From a virus, in the IMG/VR virus record IMGVR_UViG_3300009160_000036, positions 1 to 64,000 of that record: 64,000 nt of DNA. One strand, 5' to 3'. The position numbers and the translations under genes are program-made. The number at the start of each line of letters is the position of its first letter. Within the stretch, counting starts at the first letter, position 1. Below, piece by piece: positions 59,040 through 64,000 of the stretch. The notes below the pieces were generated by a model. It did no database searches and was not told the origin of the DNA. It was given only the letters and a program-made list of their open reading frames with translations.

Positions 59040-59408
59040 ATGCCAGCCCCATATAACTCTACCAAAGGCCCGTTCTCTGTGGCCATTTTTGCAACTCAAG
59101 ATGGCATGAAGCGCACCTCCGTCTACTACGGCGCGGACGAACGCGCCCTCTATGAAGCCGACTTTCAGGATGCACGTGAGTTTGGATACCACTTTCAGGG
59201 CCTGTGGCAGCCTGTCTGGGATAAGGACTATGGCAAGCAAGCCAACATCGGCGGCACCTTCCAAGTGAGCGATGGCCAAGGTGGCTACAACACCGTCACC
59301 AAGGGCTACACGGACGCCGCCGGCGTTACGCACACCCCTGCTCCTACTTACTTTGAAGACGCGTATGGCGTCTGGCGTCAAGTGGGCAACCCCGACATCA
59401 TCGACTAA
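59040..59408 (+). CDS. putative virion protein
   Basis: TTGACA-N6-CA at 59018 places the start at MPAPYN. Confidence 0.65.
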   Translation: MPAPYNSTKGPFSVAIFATQDGMKRTSVYYGADERALYEADFQDAREFGYHFQGLWQPVWDKDYGKQANIGGTFQVSDGQGGYNTVTKGYTDAAGVTHTPAPTYFEDAYGVWRQVGNPDIID

Positions 59409-59536
59409 TGAGCGACGATACAGAGCCGACCCCGGTTTCCACGCCTCCGCCTGCGCCGGTTGTGCCCCCAAGGCCTACTACGCCTGTCAAGATTGGCAAT
59501 GTTGAGGTCAAGCCCAACAAGCCCTTCTGGAAGTAA
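59408..59536 (+). CDS. 42-aa Pro-rich peptide (not in ORF track)
   Basis: MSDDTEPTP...KPFWK; TAATG coupling. Confidence 0.5.
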   Translation: MSDDTEPTPVSTPPPAPVVPPRPTTPVKIGNVEVKPNKPFWK

Positions 59537-59559
59537 GTTGACATACGCCCACTATCACT

Positions 59560-59814
59560 ATGAGCGCATCTGGCCCCTCTTCTCTCTCCATCGTTGTCCA
59601 AAACTGCGGCAGCCCTTCTGAAACCGTTGACATCTTCCATTCGGCCGAAGAAGCCCAAGCTCTTTTCTCGACCTTGGTAATCAACCCGTCTGCCGCTCAC
59701 TACCTTTTTCTTGAAGCTATGCCTACGAAGGCACTGAAGCCTTCCAAGGTGTCTGGCACTTACGTTGATGCCTTTGGTGTTACTCGCGTTTTCGGCACAG
59801 GCGAAATCGACTAA
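59560..59814 (+). CDS. putative virion protein
   Basis: TTGACA-N6-CA at 59538. Confidence 0.65.
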   Translation: MSASGPSSLSIVVQNCGSPSETVDIFHSAEEAQALFSTLVINPSAAHYLFLEAMPTKALKPSKVSGTYVDAFGVTRVFGTGEID

Positions 59815-59858
59815 TTACCTGTTGACTCGGTAGTTGGTTGGGCATCATCAGAGGTCTT

Positions 59859-60221
59859 ATGTCCCAGAAGTTTTCTATCGTCATCGAAGTTCAGACCGAT
59901 GGCCGCCCAAAGGCGACTGCGTATCTGAAGTCCGAAGCCCAGCAAGCCGCAGCACATTTCCTTACACTCCGCAACGCGGAGAAAGAAGCGTATCTGTTCC
60001 AACATCCTCTCGCAGACCGTCGCTCCAAGAGCGCAGCTCAAGTCGTCGCAACGCTTGGCTTGCGTGATGAAAATGGCAAAGTTCCCGACAGCGTTATTCA
60101 TGAACAGGAAGTGGCTAAAACAGAGCTCAACGAAGAGGCTCAAAAGAAATCTACCGAGAAAATCAAGAAGGCTTCCAGCAAGAATAAAATCGAAGGCATC
60201 AATGAAGCCGTCGACATGTAA
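59859..60221 (+). CDS. hypothetical protein (shared post-capsid domain)
   Basis: start MSQKFSIVI. Confidence 0.6.
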   Translation: MSQKFSIVIEVQTDGRPKATAYLKSEAQQAAAHFLTLRNAEKEAYLFQHPLADRRSKSAAQVVATLGLRDENGKVPDSVIHEQEVAKTELNEEAQKKSTEKIKKASSKNKIEGINEAVDM

Positions 60222-60239
60222 TTTTCACCCAACAAAAAA

Positions 60240-60389
60240 ATGATTACACACCTCATCGCACTCGTTGTCGGCTTTATCGCCGGCGCCCTCGTGTTCCGCA
60301 ACAACGCCAAGAAAGCCGAAGCCATCGTGCAGAAGGGCTCCGAAGTCGTTGACAAGGCTGGCATCGCCGTCAAGTCCTTCAAGAAGTAA
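60240..60389 (+). CDS. 49-aa single-TM membrane protein (not in ORF track)
   Basis: MITHLIALVVGFIAGALVFRNN... Confidence 0.6.
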   Translation: MITHLIALVVGFIAGALVFRNNAKKAEAIVQKGSEVVDKAGIAVKSFKK

Positions 60390-60392
60390 GTC

Positions 60393-60608
60393 ATGGACAA
60401 GAAAGCATTCCAACCCATCCTCGGTGACGACGCTGGCAACCTGACCAAGGCAGGCTATGAGCCTACCCAAATCAAGGTCGCCCAGAAGCACTACGACGAG
60501 ATGCTGAAAGAGCATCCAGAGGACATGGCTAACGTGACCTTCTCCGAATACCTCTTCAACAATGCCGTCCTCGCGTATTACGTGAAGTTCGGTATGGAGA
60601 AGAAGTAA
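60393..60608 (+). CDS. hypothetical protein
   Basis: ORF with biased codons. Confidence 0.65.
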   Translation: MDKKAFQPILGDDAGNLTKAGYEPTQIKVAQKHYDEMLKEHPEDMANVTFSEYLFNNAVLAYYVKFGMEKK

Positions 60609-60631
60609 GGAGAGCTGGACACCGGCAACAG

Positions 60632-60653
60632 GGCATCTTCGGATGCCTTTTTT
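60632..60653 (+). terminator. rho-independent terminator
   Basis: GGCATC-TTCG-GATGCC-T6. Confidence 0.8.
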
Positions 60654-60721
60654 GTGCCCAAGTAAGATTTGTCCACAATCTTCTTGACATTTCTCATAGG
60701 TGGACACATAACAATTATCAA

Positions 60722-61237
60722 ATGGCACGAGGATACTCAAATGCACAAAGCGAGCGGCTTTCCCGCACCGTCAACGTCATCGCAATGATGGCCAAAGACA
60801 GGGGCATCGACCCCAGCTCAATGACCTTGGGTGCTGCCGAGAAGTTCGTCCTAGCACGTTACAATGCTCCGGGTGAGAGAGGTCGCTTCGAGGCAGACAA
60901 GACCACCCTCCGGGATGAACACGGCGAACAGTCCTTCGAGATGCGTGCCAATGGAATGCGTGCCCCTTCTTACTCCAAGTGGGTAAAGGACAAGGTGGCT
61001 ATGATGCTCTTCTCCGATAAGACCGCCAAGGACCGCGCCGACTTTGAAGCAACCCCTGAAGGTGCTGCCCTCCGAGCCACCAAGGAAGCCACCTACAAGG
61101 CTATGATGGCAAGGTTTGAGAAGGGTGCAGTCCAAATCCCTTACGAGGAACAGAGGAAGCTGGATGCCGCTAATGATGTGGCTGACAAAGCCCTTCGAGC
61201 CGCCCAGAGGAATTGGGAACGCCTTAACAACCGCTAA
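60722..61237 (+). CDS. MARGY-leader protein 21
   Basis: MARGYSNAQSE; TGGACA-N5-CA at 60701. Confidence 0.85.
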   Translation: MARGYSNAQSERLSRTVNVIAMMAKDRGIDPSSMTLGAAEKFVLARYNAPGERGRFEADKTTLRDEHGEQSFEMRANGMRAPSYSKWVKDKVAMMLFSDKTAKDRADFEATPEGAALRATKEATYKAMMARFEKGAVQIPYEEQRKLDAANDVADKALRAAQRNWERLNNR

Positions 61238-61256
61238 TTGACAAGCCTACAAGAAT

Positions 61257-61871
61257 ATGGCCAGAGGATACTCCCAATCTCGTTCAGAAAATCCGACCCA
61301 GCGGCTTGATTCGCTCTCTCAACAACCCATTCCCAATGCTAATGCCGCATTGATTGGCAATGGTCTTGGGAGCGTTGAAAAGCTTGCCCTCGAACTTAAG
61401 GGCAGTCGCGCCTATGATGGCAACTATGAGACAATGAGCGACAAGGACATCGAAGAAACCGCCCAGCACGTCAAGGAAGTCAATGACAAGGCAAAGTCTG
61501 ATATCGACAAGCTTCTTGCCGGCGGTTGGGACGAAGACAAAATCCAGAAAGCTTATGAGATAAAATCTACTCTTTCAAAACTCTGGCAACAAAACGCCAC
61601 TCCTAATCCAAATGACCACTTTGCCCACGAAGCGGTAAACATTGACCGCATCGACATCACCGCCCGTGAAGTGAACGAATACAAGGAAATGCAGTATGAA
61701 ATCAACGAGCTTCTTATGGAGGACGGCCCTCAAGGAGGCGGGTTTGACGAAGGACGTCGAGTATCCAGCGACCGTGAAGACGAACTATCCAACGACATGG
61801 GTGACATTGAGCGTAAGTTTGTCACTCAACTCAAGGACCTTCGCACCCGAATCGAGAGGATTACCGGTTAA
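61257..61871 (+). CDS. MARGY-leader protein 22
   Basis: MARGYSQSRSE; TTGACA-N6-CA at 61238. Confidence 0.85.
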   Translation: MARGYSQSRSENPTQRLDSLSQQPIPNANAALIGNGLGSVEKLALELKGSRAYDGNYETMSDKDIEETAQHVKEVNDKAKSDIDKLLAGGWDEDKIQKAYEIKSTLSKLWQQNATPNPNDHFAHEAVNIDRIDITAREVNEYKEMQYEINELLMEDGPQGGGFDEGRRVSSDREDELSNDMGDIERKFVTQLKDLRTRIERITG

Positions 61872-61874
61872 TTT

Positions 61875-62891
61875 ATGGCAAGAGGATATTCCACCGCCCG
61901 CTCTGAACAGAGCGACGCTATGCGCAAAGAAGCCACTCGGCTTATTGATGCCGCCCAAAAGATTGAAGCCAAGGAGCGTGAGGATGCGGCCGCGAAAGCC
62001 ATCGCCGATGCGAAAGCCAAAGCCGAAGCCCTTGTTGCTTCCGGCAAGATTCCGACGGTAGACGAAGTGACTGCTGCTCAAAGGGCAGCCAATGCGTTTT
62101 GGGAAGAAAACAAGCCAGCGATTAAAACAGGCTTATACAACGCTAATGCTTGGGCGTCGGAAAAGGCATTGGCAAAGAAGTATCAAGCAATGGTCGAAAG
62201 AGTCCGAGAAATGGAAGAAGAACGAAAGGCCCCTGAAAAGCTCAAGGAGCTTGCCGATGCCGCCCTGCGCGACAAGGCCGAAAAGCAAGCCATAAATATT
62301 ACCAAAAAGGGCAACGACTCTGGCGACAAAGCCACAAACGAAGGCCCCAAGGCACAGAAACTTGCCCTCAAGGTCGAGAAGATTGCGACCAAGGCGTCCA
62401 TCGCCGCCGATAAATACTTTGGAGCGAAGGACAAGAAGGGCGTGAACGCCCAGAAGAACAAGGAGAAGATGAAGGAGCTCGTCGCAAAGCAGGTTAATGC
62501 TATCCCCTTGGAAGTCCGCATCGCCATTCAGCAGCTTTCGAGACACAACCTTGGACAAGACTTAATGGACGCCGGCGTTAACGCCCTCAAATACAACAAA
62601 TCGAGCGGAAAAATCGTTGGTGGCGAGGACCACGAGAACGGCCGAAATGGAGACGGTGCTTTTGAATACAGCAGTTGGGGTGCTTTACGCAACGAAGCCC
62701 GCCGTGAGGGTGTGGACCAGCGCGTTGGCAACGTCACCCACAAGGGTGTCACTTACAAGTGGAAGACGGAGGATTCATCCTACAAGATTGGCTGGGACCC
62801 GAAGCAGTTTGCTACCCACGGCAGAATTACAATCAGCGCCGGTGGTAAAACAATTTTCGAGGGCGAAGAATTGGGCATTGAAGGCGGCTGA
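61875..62891 (+). CDS. MARGY-leader protein 23
   Basis: MARGYSTARSE. Confidence 0.85.
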   Translation: MARGYSTARSEQSDAMRKEATRLIDAAQKIEAKEREDAAAKAIADAKAKAEALVASGKIPTVDEVTAAQRAANAFWEENKPAIKTGLYNANAWASEKALAKKYQAMVERVREMEEERKAPEKLKELADAALRDKAEKQAINITKKGNDSGDKATNEGPKAQKLALKVEKIATKASIAADKYFGAKDKKGVNAQKNKEKMKELVAKQVNAIPLEVRIAIQQLSRHNLGQDLMDAGVNALKYNKSSGKIVGGEDHENGRNGDGAFEYSSWGALRNEARREGVDQRVGNVTHKGVTYKWKTEDSSYKIGWDPKQFATHGRITISAGGKTIFEGEELGIEGG

Positions 62892-62911
62892 TTGACACCC
62901 GCCCATAGCGA

Positions 62912-63238
62912 ATGGGCAACATCTGGGATGAGCTGACTAATGACGGTCCGGAGTTCCTAACGGAGTTCGGCAGGACGGTCGTTTTCCGCAACCAGACCTT
63001 CAAGGCATTGGTATCCAGAGCTCCGGTAGAGCAGATGCTTGCCGAGGGTGGCTTTGCATACAACTCAAGCTACAATGTCCGCATCTATGCCCCCGCTGGC
63101 AACCCGCTTGAAACATCGCCGCCTACGCAGGGGGAGCACATTACGGTTTTTGGAAGACGCTACACCATAACCAACGTGACCAATCGCCCGCCCGACCCTT
63201 GGGTCGATGTCGGGGTCAGCATCAGCTCGAACGCATAA
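62912..63238 (+). CDS. head-tail joining protein (FII-like)
   Basis: 108-aa beta-rich protein, FG..V.F...GE.I.V.GR.Y.I; TTGACA-N6-CA at 62892. Confidence 0.6.
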   Translation: MGNIWDELTNDGPEFLTEFGRTVVFRNQTFKALVSRAPVEQMLAEGGFAYNSSYNVRIYAPAGNPLETSPPTQGEHITVFGRRYTITNVTNRPPDPWVDVGVSISSNA

Positions 63239-64000
63239 TGTCTATCCCACAGGTAAAGGCATCGGTCAGCAACAAAGTCCCTGAGCGAATGAAGCGCTTG
63301 GACAAGGGTATGAAATACTCCCTAGGGAAACAGCTTATGGAAAGCTGTAAGCAACTTCTTCGGACTATCATTGCCCATACGCCTCCTTTTGAAGGGAAGC
63401 AGGGGACGGGTGGAACTGAGCAGGCAGACAAATCAGGCATGAAGCGAGAAGAACGCTTTATCCGGTCAGCGTTTATGCCTTTGAGCTCGGAGAAGTTTGG
63501 TAACCTAATCATGGCAAGGAACGACAAGGCTCTCTGGAACTATGAAAACATTGTTTGGCGCGAAGCCAACTGCGAGGACGCTTGGAACGAGCGCAATATG
63601 GACAAGCTTTACGCTATTTTCCAAGCTGCGGGCTGGCCCGCGCAGGAGAACAACACCCCATACTTTAGTGATGTGACGGAGGCTCAATTGGGAGCAATCC
63701 TATCTACTCAGGGGGCGGCTAAAGATGCGTCTGCCCACAATCCTTCTGTCCGGGCATACGTCAAAAATCGCGCGGTCATTGAGAAGATGGTCGCCTTTAA
63801 GCAAAAAACCGTGGGAGTGGTCAATGCTGGCTGGAAGGCGTGCCTAAGCCAACTGGGGGGAGTGGTAGCCGGCAAGCAGGCAGCCTCAACTGGCTCCGTC
63901 GAAAAGAAGGGCGTGGAAACCGAAGTCGTCCAGCACGTTGTCATCAAGAACAACGCTATGAAAAGTCCAGCCATCGTTGCGTCTTACGAGTCCTCGATGA
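63238..64000 (+). CDS. putative neck/tail-completion protein (runs off the window)
   Basis: open frame from ATG 63238 to window end; synteny. Confidence 0.5.
   Translation, partial: MSIPQVKASVSNKVPERMKRLDKGMKYSLGKQLMESCKQLLRTIIAHTPPFEGKQGTGGTEQADKSGMKREERFIRSAFMPLSSEKFGNLIMARNDKALWNYENIVWREANCEDAWNERNMDKLYAIFQAAGWPAQENNTPYFSDVTEAQLGAILSTQGAAKDASAHNPSVRAYVKNRAVIEKMVAFKQKTVGVVNAGWKACLSQLGGVVAGKQAASTGSVEKKGVETEVVQHVVIKNNAMKSPAIVASYESSM

Noticed and set aside
54655-60677. TTGTCCACA at 54655, 59025 and 60669 as DnaA boxes of an origin
   Set aside because: Copies are kilobases apart with no AT-rich unwinding element; more likely reverse copies of the GTGGACA motif
2846-62891. MARGY leaders as DNA repeats, CRISPR repeats or integron attC sites
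   Set aside because: Nucleotide sequences differ at synonymous positions, are not palindromic or regularly spaced, and no cas or integrase gene is visible
1-64000. Stop-codon reassignment
   Set aside because: Core genes are full length in code 11 and the MTase break is a frame change, not an in-frame stop

Overview
The window is part of a dsDNA tailed-phage genome with a lambda-like head module: Nu1-like TerS, gpA TerL, gpW-like adaptor, lambda-type portal, S49 protease, scaffold and major capsid protein. Weak clues (one small gene family recalled from Opitutae, no Shine-Dalgarno sites) suggest a Verrucomicrobiota host. It also carries the end of a tRNA array, IbrA/IbrB-like genes, a dNMP kinase, two DNA methyltransferase loci, RuvC, a muramidase, a RecT/RecE/SSB module and a primase-helicase. 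Two things stand out. (1) 23 dispersed, otherwise mostly unrelated 120-340 aa proteins start with the same short leader (consensus MARGYSQSRSE), which is conserved as peptide but not as DNA. Many sit behind the same TKGACA-N5/6-CA motif as the virion genes, and some carry effector-like cargo (HD alarmone hydrolase, ADP-ribosyltransferase-like, JAB-like). I infer a capsid-targeting tag for a library of injected proteins. (2) A 2.45 kb non-coding interval between terL and the head genes holds an array of about 12-14 stem-closed RNAs, several with tRNA acceptor/T arms and NCCA ends but expanded interiors. Other oddities: a C5-MTase spread over three reading segments (including an EcoHK31I-beta-like nested ORF), a histone-fold-like gene, and a family of post-capsid paralogous domains. 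All calls come from motif reading by eye; no searches or folding programs were run.
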